Source: Veleropilina oligotropha (taxonomy: Eukaryota). From it: a stretch of 64,000 nucleotides of DNA. The stretch is taken from the NCBI GenBank assembly GCA_048128005.1, contig JBEUKZ010000069.1, positions 248,001 to 312,000 on the forward strand, given 5' to 3'. Within the stretch, counting starts at the first letter, position 1, and each line of letters begins with the position of its first letter. The position numbers and the translations under genes are program-made. Below the pieces are notes generated by a model. That model had not been told where the DNA came from, made no database searches, and worked only from the letters and a program-made list of their open reading frames with translations. This document shows positions 13,031 to 26,490 of the stretch, in pieces.

Positions 13031-14288
13031 TCGATTCGAAAGCTTTCTTATCGACGCCATTTTGGATTTTCGTAAATAACCGAGAACATACAATATAATA
13101 ACACTTATCTCTGCTTTTTTGACATAATTTTAACGATATAAGTACATATACACAATCTACAATATATATAATATCTATTTATATGTATACATATGTCTGA
13201 CAAATAGTAGCGAATATTTTATATGGGATTCAATTAGCAGGTTGTTGCTTTGCTTATTAGATTTCAAGCGAACTCTCGCATTTTAGCGCCGAGTACGTGA
13301 TTTCAGCGCGATCTTTAAAGTAGCCATTCCCTCTAGTATAGTGGTCCCAGATGTGACAAAATATGAAATTGCTATGATCAAGATAACTTATCACCGTTGA
13401 TGGGAAATATATATTCATGCATATATCAAGTGCAACTATATTTTTAAACTTTAATGCCATGAACATGAACATAAAACTGATAGAACATTATATAACTTAT
13501 AATAAATGACAAATGCTTGTATTGCTGAGAAGTGATGTTCATGAGCGTAGCCAAGAATTTCAAACTAGCGAATCCTCGAACCAGCATGTAGCAAAAATCA
13601 ATAGGCACCGTGTCCTCATCATACCAAATTTGAATAAAATCGGATAATAACTTTTCACTGTAGATCGCGCACCAGAAATCTCGTCCAACCATAGTGGCCA
13701 TCTTGTATCAGAAACTGACGAAAATCGTTAGGTGGCGTGTTCTCATTATAACTGACGTGCATACCAAATTTTAATTAAATCTGATTAGAACCTTTCACTG
13801 TAGAGCGCACACAAGAAATGTCTGCGGCCGCGGCGGAACGATGCCTAAACCATACTATCCCCGAAATGTTAACAATTAGGGTCTAAATTATGCGCGGTCC
13901 GATTGGATGTGGGGCGGAATCCGGCGCGAATGATATTTTACACAATTACGGTATGAAACCACCGCTATAGCTCCTGCATTATGCAGGTTAAAAGGTCGCA
14001 ATATCAAATATACTTTGAAACATTTTATAAAGTTTTCAATGGCCTAAAACCTTATCTCCTGCATTCTGAGTGTGCAAATGCGATATATTTTACCAACATT
14101 AATGAACCATTTTCACCACGTTGTATGAGTACAAGGTCGCAATTTGAAATAAACTATGATATAATTATTAAATTTTTCTTTTTGTCACGAAGAAGGATGG
14201 GGTCGATCGAACCCCCGACCACCTCTGGCTACGCCCATGATATCTGTATGTCATATATAATATATATATATATATATGTTATTAAATT

Positions 14289-16786
14289 TTATTGCATGAT
14301 AGCACCAAAAGAAAATCCGGACAGTGGACTGAACGGTGGAATAGCTTCTGACGTTTGCTTTTTAATGAGATTTTTCAGAAGTTCAATCTGAAGCTTCTGC
14401 TTCACCAGCTCGCCCTCATACACTTCACATTGCAGCTCCAAAAGTCGCTGGCTGTCTGCCTTCCTGCGCTTTGGTCGAGGTGATGAACTATTTATCTCTG
14501 CTGGTTTGTCTGGAGTTGTAGGCCTATCTTCATGTTGGTCCGGAGAATTACCTTCTGCTTCAGCAGGTGATATTGGCGAAGCTGTAGATAAAATAATCTG
14601 CATGATAGACTTCAATATCCCCTTACGGTTAAGAGTATTACATTGTAATAAAGTATATGGATTGCAGGTATTCATTTCAGGATCCGCCTATGAATACATT
14701 ATAATATGAACTGCTATGAACGTCTATATATCCACTATAGTTAATTATCATAGACGTAAAGCGTGTTTTGTATAGTGGAATTACTTTTATATAATGGATT
14801 TGTTTATATACACAGCAAAAAATATTTTTCTAGATGTAAATATTTCGGGGGGGGGGGGATCAGTGCTCCCCCTGATTCATTGAATTAATTTGCTCATCGG
14901 TAAATATCCATTATTGTTATATACCTATTTTTAAGAAATGAACTTATCATATAAAGCTCATTATGGATTAAACACGTGAATTACATTTTGCGGGCATGCA
15001 CAGTATATGTATGTATAAATATATAAGTTAACCGTTATTTCTGTTTTTAATATTATCCATAAAATATGAAAAAAGCAAAGATTCGTTTATCACTTAGTTG
15101 TGCCTATTAGTGATCGATTTGTTTGGACATTATGCATTTTATTTAACTTACTATATATATATATATATATATATATATGATACTACGTAGTCTCATGCAT
15201 TATTGAATGATAATTTGTTGAAATAAATTGATTTAGGAAACTACAATATTGTGGTGTCATAAAAATGTTATTTATATTAATTTAAGAAATATAATAATAA
15301 ACTCTCGATGTGCCAATAATACATGTATGCAGTTGGTGACAGATAATTCACCCCTTAATTATTCGCGTCTGCATCGTCGTTCCACACTATGCCAGTTCGC
15401 CCCATAGTTTAGTTATAATATATTTCTATTATATAATATATATAATCTTCTTCCCTACATTCTATGTTAAACGGCGCGTATCTTGGCGACATTCGACCTC
15501 AAGTATACAGCAACGGACGCCAAGCAACTATAAATTATAATGTACATCAATACAGTTTATGATAGATTGCATTTTGTAGTTCGCCGTAAGTCCACGCATC
15601 AGCGTTACCTCGTAAATATATCACACAGAAACGCAATTTGTGTTGAAGAAATATTATATTACGTATATATATAATATACACCTTCGATAGCTTTATTGGT
15701 GGAGCGAAAAGACATAGATAAAGGGACGAGCATGTACTGGGCGAATACGCTGGGAGGCGAAATATCTGGCTTCGCATCCGGGTAGCATGAACTATCGCGT
15801 AATGTCATGATGGTCATTTGTAAATACATGTAGTTGATAAGTGAGTATATATCACTGATGACACCAAATTGCTAACACAGAACGGAACAATCAAGTAAGT
15901 ACTATTATTATATATGCAATGTTATATTTATTAACTATTCTCAATATTGAAAATATAAAGAATAACTACATTTTACACCAAGCCTCGTTCTCATGTGTTC
16001 TAATAATATTACCACAACAATAAATGTCAAGGTCGTTTTATTTTAATAGCAGACGACAGCGTTATGACATTTCACAGTATGTCTGTTCAATCGATAAAAG
16101 GTTGCTGAAAATGTTGTCCGATGCATGTCTGAATGCATTTTTTCAGTTAATAAACAATTAAATGTCCCGAAATTCATTTCCGATGCATTTAAAGTGTGTC
16201 AACACAGTATCGACGAATCATAACCGACATATTATGTTAGATTTAGTAAGTTACTAGCCTAATGATACACACGGCAATGACACGTTTTAGTAAACACAAA
16301 TGACAACTCTGATTTAATAAAAACAATACAACCAAAGTTAAACAATAACAATTTACCCAATTAACATTTAAACTCACCATTTCCAATGAAGTCGCTTTCA
16401 ACTCCTTCGAGGCCAATATATGATGGAGTTTTTTCAAAAATCGCAATAATTTTATCTTGCGTCGTTGGCTCCTCAGGGGGAGGACCACCCCCAGTTTGAT
16501 TCATTTCCTTTCTTTTTTTGATAAAGGACTGCTTAGCCGCCTTCTGTAGGTTCCGCCACTTGTCTTTGCATTATGTAGGGGCTCGTGTGGCAATCCCTAC
16601 AGCTGTAACAGCATCTGCAACCTCTTGCCACAACTTCTTCTTGTAAGTATTTGTTATTAAATTTGTCAGCTTTCCATTGATTGCTTCAAGCTTTGGTCTT
16701 ATAGCTTCTATCAGCGTATTGCACTCTATCACAGTGAAATTAACCTTTCGTGGTCGTTTTGCCCCTACTGTGACAGCGTCGGCCAT
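14289..16786 (-). pseudogene. Harbinger Myb/SANT (trihelix) DNA-binding partner; exons 16786-16378 and 14581-14289; in-frame TAA at 16573-16571
   Basis: RKVNFTVIECNTLIEAI...KKKLWQEVADAVTAVG...RAPT*CKDKWRNLQ...TGGGP; G|GTGAGT donor and tctacag| acceptor join in frame to an exon with a coiled-coil-like C-terminus (LLELQCEVYEGELVKQKLQIELLK). Confidence 0.85.
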
Positions 16787-18414
16787 TATGCAACAATTTC
16801 TGACAATTGCATTATGGGATTTTAGAACATTCTTAACCGGTGGTTAAATTCCTTAACCATCGGATAGCTAACCACCGGATAAAAATGTTTTGAGCAACTG
16901 GAATTTAACCAGTGGTTAGCTATCCGATGGTTAAGGATTTTATCCGCTGGTTAGGACTTAACCATGGTTAGCTTAACCAGAGTTTTGAACAACCGGGCCC
17001 TGGTAGGTAGGCGAGACCTGCGCTTTTGAGGCGTGACCTTCTGTTGTCGGTGTTTCAGACTTGTCTGTGAAGATAATTGCCTATACTAAAAAAACATACC
17101 ATTACATCGCACTAAATAGGTAAGTCTTTTGTTGTATGACTGTCAATCAAAGTCGCAGTTTTGTTTCTACAATTTGCCAACCAATCATATTGTTTATAAA
17201 ATCGATTCCTCGATGTTCCCTGTCAGCTCCCAAAATCAGAAATGGGCTCGTCCCCGCCTGTCGCCTTTAATAGTGGCACCCCGGCCTTTAAAATACAATG
17301 AGTTTTGACTAATCAATATTTAAAAAATAGCTTTTGTTTCAGAATATTTCACATGTTCAACATTTTAATATGCAAAGGCAACATATAGTAATATATAATT
17401 TATCAACATTAATTTCTAGCACAACTATTAAATACACTTTTGTATTTGAATATATATAACATATCTATAATCTGTATCCATGATTGACCAATATACTATT
17501 AATTATATGTCCCGTCATAAAGCTACCAATATGCAAAGATGTTCAATTTATCGCTTTGTATGCTGATAATTATGCTGCATTCGATACCGCTCGTGATTAC
17601 GTAAAAAATGTTTATTGCGTTCGGAACCGTTGTCAGGTCGTGTTCACAAGTCGTAACTCGTAATTAATTTTCTTGCTCGAAAATGGTGATAAGGCGACCT
17701 TGACCTTAAAATGGTGGAATCTAGACAGCAAATAATGATTAACAGCTTGTCGATATTAATATGAAAGAGATAATGTGAAATAATTTGTATTCAATGTTCA
17801 CCAAACATGGTAAATATGTATGTAGCGATAATATCTATATGTGAATATATATTTTATGTAAATCATTGCTTGTTTTTATGTAAATAGTGTTTAAACCTAG
17901 TCTCTTATTTGGTCTTGTACCTGTTGACTTTGTATAAACAAATTAAAAATAGAGAACTAAAGCGGAAGTATCGCACACTTGACACAAGATTCGCTGATCG
18001 AAAGACAGACTTGCTGCTGGTGAGATTGATGTCATGCAATACACCAATAGCGCGTCGAATTTTGATCATTTAGGTTAGTGTAATTTCATGTATACGTATA
18101 CATTTTGTATTATTTATATTTTCCTGTGTACGCATGTGATTACATTTTGTAATAATTATTGTATGACCATTTGATAGTAATTAAGTATTTTATTTGTCAT
18201 GCCAAGTACATAATATTTATAGCTTGTATTAATATAATTTCGTTTTGTTCCGTATGTACATATTTTCTAATAACGATGATATATGTCGTCTTTTAGTACA
18301 TATTTTATTTCTTTACCGACGTGTCTTGTCTTGCATTTAGTGCAATTACCTTGTATTGCTCAGTTAATCCGATTTACAAAAACTGTGACGGCATGAATGC
18401 CTCATTGTTTACTT

Positions 18415-18652
18415 GGCCGCTTCGACAGCGCAGTGGATTCCGAAAATCATTGAATTGATTCCGCTGACGCGAACAGTAGTGGGTCCTACCATCGGCAGAG
18501 GCATCACACATTTGTACAAGTTATGAATCACAGTTGTCCGTGACTGGTCGAATAGGGTGGGTTTACCCGGGCGACCGGGCTTTCCTCTCGCGATATTACG
18601 GACATGTCCTGGTTTGAACCAAATGATGGTTGAAAATATACAGGACATTTAG
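18415..18652 (+). mobile_element. tRNA-derived SINE (Meta-core-like)
   Basis: ggccgcttcgacagcgcagtgg head; core ggtgggtttacccggg...ggctttcctc; a close relative lies inverted at 48795-49059. Confidence 0.75.
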
Positions 18653-19679
18653 CGTCGATCTTTTTATTTTCATTGTTTACTTAATCCATCGACAGCAAAA
18701 AAGTAGCATGACGTCGACTCCAATTTTGACCAATATCGCTAGGAGTCGACGTCCGGTGCAAGAACCTATGCAAAGGTCACATTTTTCCGCAGCGGCATCG
18801 ACGGGTGAGTCACACTCTCAATGGAAGCTGTTGATTGGTCCCTGGTTCGTGGCCAGCGGTGGTTCATTCTACCGCTTAAAATAATCAAACATTTCTGAAT
18901 AAATGCAATACAGCTTAGTGTGCTATATAACCCCAAGATTGCACGTGATGTACGTTGTTCACTACTAAACAAAATCTGTGTATTATAGTATATAGACAGC
19001 ACGATGCGTATATGCAACGTATGGGCTGGTTATTTGATGCTTAATCCCCGGGAGTGCCGGGTATTTTCCCCATGATAGTACCTCCATTGCGCACCATACC
19101 AATTCATTTCATCATTCAAAGTTGATTGACTCGATTTATAAAGGAAATACTGTTGGCGTGGTCATTCATCATGTTTGTAATTTAACATTTTCCAAGTAAG
19201 TATATGTGGAAATTTGTTGGCATAAATTAGACCAAACCAAAACCCACAGTTTATTCAACAACGCAACAAGACGCGTATAATAGCAGTGCATCGTCAACGC
19301 ATCCAATATCTTCAGTAGAGTTGCCAACACCCTTATTACACCGGCAATGGGATCGTTGAGATATACAAGATGAGATCTAATGGAGTGGGTAAACTAGCGG
19401 AATAATGGATACAGAAAAACATTTGTTTTCACGACAACGTTTTCATTTATTGGATTATATCGACGACAAAGTATTAATTGAAATATATAATACATTTATA
19501 AATAACAGCTTGATCGCTATTCAAGGGCATCTATAGCTACTAAATGGATTTTGTAAATTACAATAAAATTTCGACATAACTTACAACTGAATATAAAGGC
19601 AAACGCATATGGTAATAACAAAAAATGACTACAGACAGATAAATAGTAACAAAATACGTGCTTAATAAAAGCAAATATA

Positions 19680-21270
19680 AATATAAAGAATGTGAGAAAG
19701 AAAGTAAAAAAGAAATACGAGCAGCCAAAAAAGCTTTTGAAGAAAAGCTAGCAGAAAACATCAAGGAAAACCCCAAATCTGTTTATGCTTATATTAGGTC
19801 AAAACAAAAAACAAAAGATGTCGTAGGGCCCCTGTCTGATGAACATGGAAACGTTATATCCGATGATGCACAAATGTCAGAATCCCTAAACAAGTATTTT
19901 GCATCTGTTTATACGCTTGAGGACGCGGTAAAAGTTCCACCGGTAAAACATATTTATGAAGATCATGACATTTGTTGTGAAAGTATTGAAATTACTACGG
20001 AAATGGTTGCAAAAAGATAAGCTTACTAAATGTCAGTAAAGCTCCAGGTCCTGACAACATGTATCCCAAATTGCTAAAATACGTTAAGGATGAATTAGCA
20101 AAGCCATTAGCCCAGATATTCAATACAACTCTACAAGAAGGCAGCTTGCCTGATGACTGGAAAACTGGAAATATTACCCCAATCTTTAAAAAAGGGTAGT
20201 CGATCAAATACCCCAAATTACCAACCTATTAGTTTAACATCAATAGTAGGCAAAATAATGGAATCTAGCTTAAAGGATGCTATTTTAAAACGCATACATA
20301 TATTTGGCCTACTGAACCGTAGTCAACATGGGTTTATGTAGAAAATATCTTGTTTAACAAATTTATTGGAATTTTTTGAAGATGTAACAAGTGCAATTGA
20401 CACGGAAAAAACAGTTAATATTATATATCTTGATTTTCAGAAAGCATTCGATAAAGTACCACATAGACGACTATTGCAAAAAATAAGTAACCATGGCATT
20501 AAAGGCCAAATACTAAAGTGGCAAGAAAATAGAAAACAGAGGGTTGTAATAAATGGGATAAAGTCAAAGTGGGAACCGGTACAAGTTGAGTACCACAAGG
20601 TTCTGTTTTGGGACCATTGTTGTTTCTCATATATACAATTATATTGATGACGTCATTACTTCTCTAGTAAAAAGGTTTGCAGATGATACCAAAGTGTACA
20701 TAATTATTGAAACTGAAGAAGATGCAAAGAAACTTCAAAGTGACTTAAATAATGTGTCAAAATGGTTTGAGGATTGGCAAATGCTTTTCAACACCAGTAA
20801 ATGTAAAGTAATGCAAGTGGGTTATAACAACAATACCTATAATTATGAAATGGGTTCATAAACTTTACAATAAATGGCCAAAGAAAAAGATTTGGGTGTA
20901 TTGGTAGACAAGACATTAAAACCATCAAATCATTGTGCAGAGTCAGCCAAAAAGGGAAATCAAATATTGGGAATGATAAAGAGAAACTTCAATTTTAAAT
21001 CTAAAGCCATCATAACTCGCCTATACATGCAAATGGTTAGACCGCATTTATAATATGCAGTGCAAGCATGGTGTCCATATCTTGCAAAGGATATCAATAT
21101 TTTAGAACAAGTTCAAAGAAGAACCACAACATTGATAGGATATTTAAGGGCATGGCCATATGAGGACAGACTAAGAGCACTGAACCTCACAACATTATCT
21201 TTGAGAAGGATAATAGGCAATATGATCCAGGTGTTTAAAATGTTTACGGGAAAAGACAACGTTGACATTT
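19680..21270 (+). mobile_element. CR1-clade LINE ORF2 fragment (frameshifted, with stops)
   Basis: KENPKS.YAYIRSK, KAPGPD, NYQPISLTSIVGK, QHGF, YLDFQKAFDKVPH, FADDTK, WQMLFNTSKCKVM, LEQVQRR. Confidence 0.92.
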
Positions 21271-22330
21271 AATATCACATTTTATGAAACTAATTGTCAT
21301 ATTTTCCAAGGTTTCACTGATGAAAATATGAAAATTAGATAACAAGTTTCATAAATGTGATATTAAATGACCACGAATGTGAGATTCTATTTATCATATA
21401 TCTAAAATTTATAAAGAAACAAGCTGTACATGCAACGTTGATTTTAATTGTATTGACCCGCTGTAACATAATTATGCGGCATAGTAATATTGCAGAATGT
21501 GAAATTGTAAATTAGAGAGCAATGGATGTGAAAAATAACCCCGGTTTTATCTAATCTATAAACCATAAAGAACAAAAAATGATGATATGAAAATAACTAA
21601 TGTCGCTTTATCTATATTATACTTATCCAACAGGCTCTATTAAAATAGCAATAAATGCACGATGCCTATGAGTCTATTTCATTATTTCGTCGCGGAGTTT
21701 AAGTGAGTTGTCATCTGCTATCGAATCAACTTCGCCACCTTACATATTATAAAGCATCACAATCATGACAAATTTGTCGGCTTTGTATATGTTAACAATA
21801 ATTATTGTAAACACGCTTCACAATAATTTTATAAATATGCAACATTATTATGTTAATTTATATGGAAGCATCCTAAAATGGCGGCAATTATCGAATGAAA
21901 TGAACAACGCTTTCGCTAAAGTGCTAACTACCCTACTCTGACATTGAACTTTGTAGGCTATAACTTTCGACAGTTAAACGATCTAGAGCTAGAAATGATA
22001 AGGCTTATCTGAGGCTGTGCACCTAATATTTCAGCTGAATATTAGTCGTTAGATGCAGTTTCATGTATTTTCTTTGATCGCTACTATCGACGTTAATATT
22101 AATTGAAGTGGCCATGTGTGTTTCGTTGCAAAATGATGGCACACACCACCAATGAACTTTCGTGACCCGCTCTGTCATTGGCTGTTATTCTGTTTCATTC
22201 ATAAAATAATCCAATCACAATATTATTATAAAGTCAATAGCGCACATGTGTATTACGATTGATATTAAACACTTTGGTTGCATGCAAAATGAAACGGTTA
22301 TATGATCACAACATATATTATACATGGATA
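21268..22330. repeat. Unclassified repeat beginning with an imperfect ~100-bp hairpin (possibly Crypton-type non-autonomous element)
   Basis: tttaatatcacattttatgaaact ... agtttcataaatgtgatattaaa inverted pair at 21268-21367; sequence not present in units A or C. Confidence 0.35.
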
Positions 22331-22669
22331 TGTATAAATGCGGAACACACCGACTTTTTAAATATAGGCGTATATTTACGCCCATATATATATAAGGAAT
22401 TGGGTGTACACATCTTTTTTTTATTTATTAACTTCGTTTTTTTAATTTTAATTCACGTATTTTAAAGCGCCGCACGAAGTTAGCTAATCCATCAATTTTA
22501 TTGTCTTGACAACAACAGATAGAGTGACGAACTACAGAGTGTGAATACTTGAAAACCTGCAACTTAAGGGAACACATTTTCATTTTAGTACAATAATGAA
22601 CACAGACTTCGAAAACAGGGTGTACTGCACACGATGTGAAAAATATATAGAGGCCTGCTACATATATAA

Positions 22670-23762
22670 AGAATTTTCCTTTTTGGGAATTGTATTCTCT
22701 GTTGGTGGTTCCTTTTTACTCACACAAAATACTCTAGCTGGACAAGCTCAGAAGGCTATGTTTGCAATGAAAAAATATATATATGGTTTTGTAGATTTGA
22801 AACCTAAACACTTATGTGATATATTTGATAAGCTGATAACGCCATATGCAACTATGGCTGTGAAGTGTGGGGATTCATTAGAGCACCGGCTCTTGCGCGT
22901 ATTCATTTAAGCTTTTGTAAGCAGCTGCTTGGTGTCAAGCAATCGACACAAAATGATTTTGTATATTGGGAATTAGGGCGCATGCCCTTGATTGTAAATA
23001 GGCATTACCGTATTATAAAATACTGGCTGAAAGTTGTATGCTCAAAAAATGAAAAGTATATTAATATTATGTATAATGTAATGCTTGTTGATGCTATTAT
23101 GTCGAATAAGATAAACTGGGATTTTCTCATGTCTGGTTGAGCCAAGGAGTCGGCAATATAAACAGTTTTTTTGAAGTTGTAAAGACAAGAATAAAGGACG
23201 TTTTTATACAAGAATGGAGAAGTAGATTGTCTAACTCTTCTAGAGCTTCATTATACACACATCTCACTGACACTTTCACTTCCAAAGAATATCTAAATAC
23301 CTGTATTTTGAAATTTAGGCAATCTTTATCTAGACTTAGAACTGCGTCGCATCGTCTGCACAATGAAAGTGGCAGATGGAACAAACCAATGCCCATCCCG
23401 TTGGCTGACCGAGTTTGATTTCACTGTGGAGCGTTAGAGGATGAGTATCATTTTGTGATTGAGTGTACATTGTACGATACGTTGCGAGTGAAATGCATAC
23501 CAAGATATTACAGACAGTACCCAAGTTTTGTTAAATTTGTGGAGTTGTTAAATTGTACTAATGCTGTTACAATGAAAAATGTCGCTTCTTTTGTTTATAA
23601 CGCATTTAAGAAAAGGAATGACATACTATATCATTAGCATAATGTCACGGCTCTCTCTATTTTGTATATTGTAATATTTATATGTAAGCCTCAATGTATT
23701 TATTAGTATGTATCCAAAGGGCCAGATGGCCTATGGAGAAATAAAATTATTATTATTATTAT
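22670..23762 (+). mobile_element. 5'-truncated LINE 3' end (RTE-X-like) with (ATT)n tail
   Basis: FLGIVFS, FDKLI, VWGF, FCKQLLGVKQST..VY.ELGR, SRLRTASHRLHNESGRW; aataaa then (tta)n tail; tatataa on both sides; empty site in unit A (gcctgttacatatataactacc). Confidence 0.85.
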
Positions 23763-25073
23763 TATATAAGTCCTACCGATTGCCTGCCAGGTGTCAACAG
23801 CGTGGTGTACTTGAAGAGCAATAGACAGTAATACGTCGGAAGACGGTTAACTCTGAATAACACAAAATTAAGTGGACAGTTTATATTAAAGATCACATAA
23901 CTATTATGTGCATAAACAAATTAAAAAAAACACAAATTATTATTGTAAACAGTTCACCTACAATATGTCAATGATCATATTGTTAGCATGGTGCTTTTAG
24001 TGTATTAAATTTGTCTGGATACTAAAGACAAAAATGCTCCTATCCATATACCCGGTAATCGATTTGCGAACAAAACGCAGATAATGAACATTCTTTTTCG
24101 GAATACTTCAAAATGTCCATATGTTGCAGACAACACATCACGGTCCCCTGTCACAGCGAATGCACACGATATATAGTATGAAGTAACGTAATGCAATATG
24201 TATTTGCGCGTTAAATGGTGTTTATCACCAGTCTTCTATTATTTCATTATAAGAACAATACAAATATATTTCAATCAAATTATAAAACAGATAATTCAGT
24301 ACCATTTTTGTATGATATTAAGAAAACAATGCAGCTGTGATTAATTTCGTTATCCTCGTAATTCCTTGTTCACAGCGACTCGAGACTGCATGTATACTAT
24401 CGTCTGTTTTATGGAAATGCGATCTGGCGCACCAGGCATTGCACGATGTTTCTTAGTGTGACTAATGAAGCTGGGTGATGTTGTTTAATGCTGTCCGTAA
24501 GAACTACGAATGTATTCAAGTCTGTATTAGTGTGTACGGAAAACCCTGATTATCATCGGAAACAAACCAACGCCGACCAGTTCAAATTATATCTACAAAA
24601 TCCTTCGTGTATGAATAGAAAGCAGCCACATTAACCACTCAACCATCTGGTTGCATGGCGCGCTGATGTATATTTAAACAATATACACAATAATAAATCG
24701 TTTTGTTCAGATAGAGAGTTGAAACCGGGTGACCCGACTGCAATAGGAATGAAAATTGAACAATGGTCGAAAACGTACAAGGAAATTATGCTATAAATTA
24801 TACATTTGTCATCCAAATTCCACTGGGTCGAAACGTCCGTATTCGATTCAATGTCTCTGGCAAATCAAATTATATTTAGATAATGTAAACATGTACTAAC
24901 TGAAGCGTCAGATCAATCAAACGCTATTGTGCATGATGAAGTACAATGTTTGATTTGTGTACAAGGCTTTGCATGCATTAAATTCTTACCGTAGTGTAAC
25001 GAATCAGCACGCCATTTTACTTAATGCGGTGATCCGGTGTAAGTGATGTATAGAATATCCGATGTGAATTTCA

Positions 25074-26340
25074 ATGCCCGAATGCACCAACGTGGTTTAA
25101 GCATAATCGCGGTTTAAACCAGTTTTAAAGCTACAAACGATATGCACCAACAAAGATTTAAAAATAATCTTGGTTTTTAATCCCGGATTATTCTAAGCCA
25201 CCTAGATAGCAGGTTTAAACCCATAGCACATTTATTTTGATATACACTTTAGCGGAAAAACATGGCATTTATCGAGGAAATTGCACAGTGGGAACAAATT
25301 GGCCTGAATGTGTATTAACAAACACAAGTAACGCATTTAAACATTTTAGTGATGCAGAATTTCACCTATGATTTGATTTAGAAAATGTAATGTAATAACA
25401 CTGAATTTACTACTGAAGGAGACATCAAAGCCAACTCGGAACGCAACAACCCAGTTTCTACGCTGATAATCTATGTTACTGTGATTTTTCAGACAACTGA
25501 TGGTAATCCTGCCGTTATGCACGAAACAACTGCTGGGTGGATTATTTTAAACGTATCATTGGCTATTTCAAATAATTATTGTAAACGGAAATTATTATAT
25601 TTTTCAAACCGCCACCAACAACGATGTAACACTGAATTGCGGCGAGTTGGATTGTTGGTGCGATTGACTGCACCCACATGCCAATATCGTGTTGAAATCT
25701 AAAAGGTTTTGATTCTATTAATGTGCAAGGAATAAGTGGACCTTCTTTAGAGCTAATTAGCGTCGTTGCCCGTTGAATAGGTTCAACACATGACACACGT
25801 GGTTTTTACAACAGTGCAATATGTGGTCAACTTGAACAGAATGCGATGAATGGCAACCATCTGGGAGATCATGGATACCCATCCAGAATATATCTCTTGA
25901 CACCTTTTGAGAATCCTGAGGATAACGCTTCTATTTGTAACGTTGGTATTCTTGCTAAATTCTTCTGTAATTGTGTTCCATGCTTGTTCTTCTTTGTGAA
26001 TGTTTGGGTATCACTACTTTTGTCTTTTATACTTGTCTTCTTCTCTTCAACTAATTATAATAGGATATTTATTTCGATATCTGAAATATTATTGCGAATG
26101 CCACCGTAATATGAATGCTGTGCGCTGGTGCTTTTATTCCATCAGGTACGTTTCTAATTGACAGATTTATTATGCTTCAATATTCAGGGACGCTGTGTTA
26201 ACAAATAGGCCAACGCGTTTTCTGTGGGCATCAGTATGAACCGCGATTAATCGCGGATCACGTAATCCTAGTTCAGATTGGTTGGTGTTTACGGACGTCC
26301 GATTAGTTTGAACATGTTTTACATCTGGTTTAAGTTATCA
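25074..26340 (+). mobile_element. Decayed, internally deleted Harbinger element of a second family
   Basis: gcccgaatgcaccaac terminus; plus-strand remnants VGAIDCTH, KGFDSINVQGI, VVAR*IGSTHD, LGDHGYP..YLLTPF; minus-strand Myb/SANT-like remnant (EINILL*LVEEKK..IKDKSSD...EQAWNTITEEF) at ~25935-26100. Confidence 0.8.
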
Positions 26341-26490
26341 CTCCAATCTGACCGACATACACTAGGGATATGCCGTCTGTTAGCATTATACGTTAGAATT
26401 AGCAACACCTGAGTGGGGGTTTGAACCCACATCCTACCGTCACACTTAACGTTTTTCAGACCCACTAGCCAGTTGAGCTACCGAGGACAG
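26340..26490 (-). mobile_element. tRNA-derived SINE
   Basis: Minus strand: ggtagctcaactggctag (A box) ... gtgggttcaaacccccactc (B box), followed by a non-tRNA body. Confidence 0.6.

Larger units (their letters stand above)
9129..16999 (+). mobile_element. Full-length PIF/Harbinger DNA transposon
   Basis: Perfect 42-bp TIRs GGCCCGGTTGTTCAAAACTCTGGTTAAGCTAACCATGGTTAA (9129-9170, 16958-16999); CTG TSD (9126-9128, 17000-17002); convergent transposase and Myb/SANT genes. Confidence 0.97.
9106..17287. mobile_element. Short (~310 bp excluding the insert) non-autonomous Kolobok-like element interrupted by the Harbinger
   Basis: ttaa|cggccggaatctgc ... ggcaccccggcct|ttaa; both ends match the element at 29268-31035. 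Confidence 0.75.
18790..25070 (-). pseudogene. Duplication unit B: ZF gene copy whose coding exon is deleted
   Basis: Aligns with unit A downstream sequence to ~19680 and with the intron/first exon from ~22340; no C2H2 sequence in between, only a LINE fragment and another repeat. Confidence 0.8.

Noticed and set aside
26405..26490. tRNA gene (also considered at ~2700, 18415, 49059, 55390 and 62032)
   Set aside because: A/B boxes are present but no complete cloverleaf; each continues into a SINE-like body.
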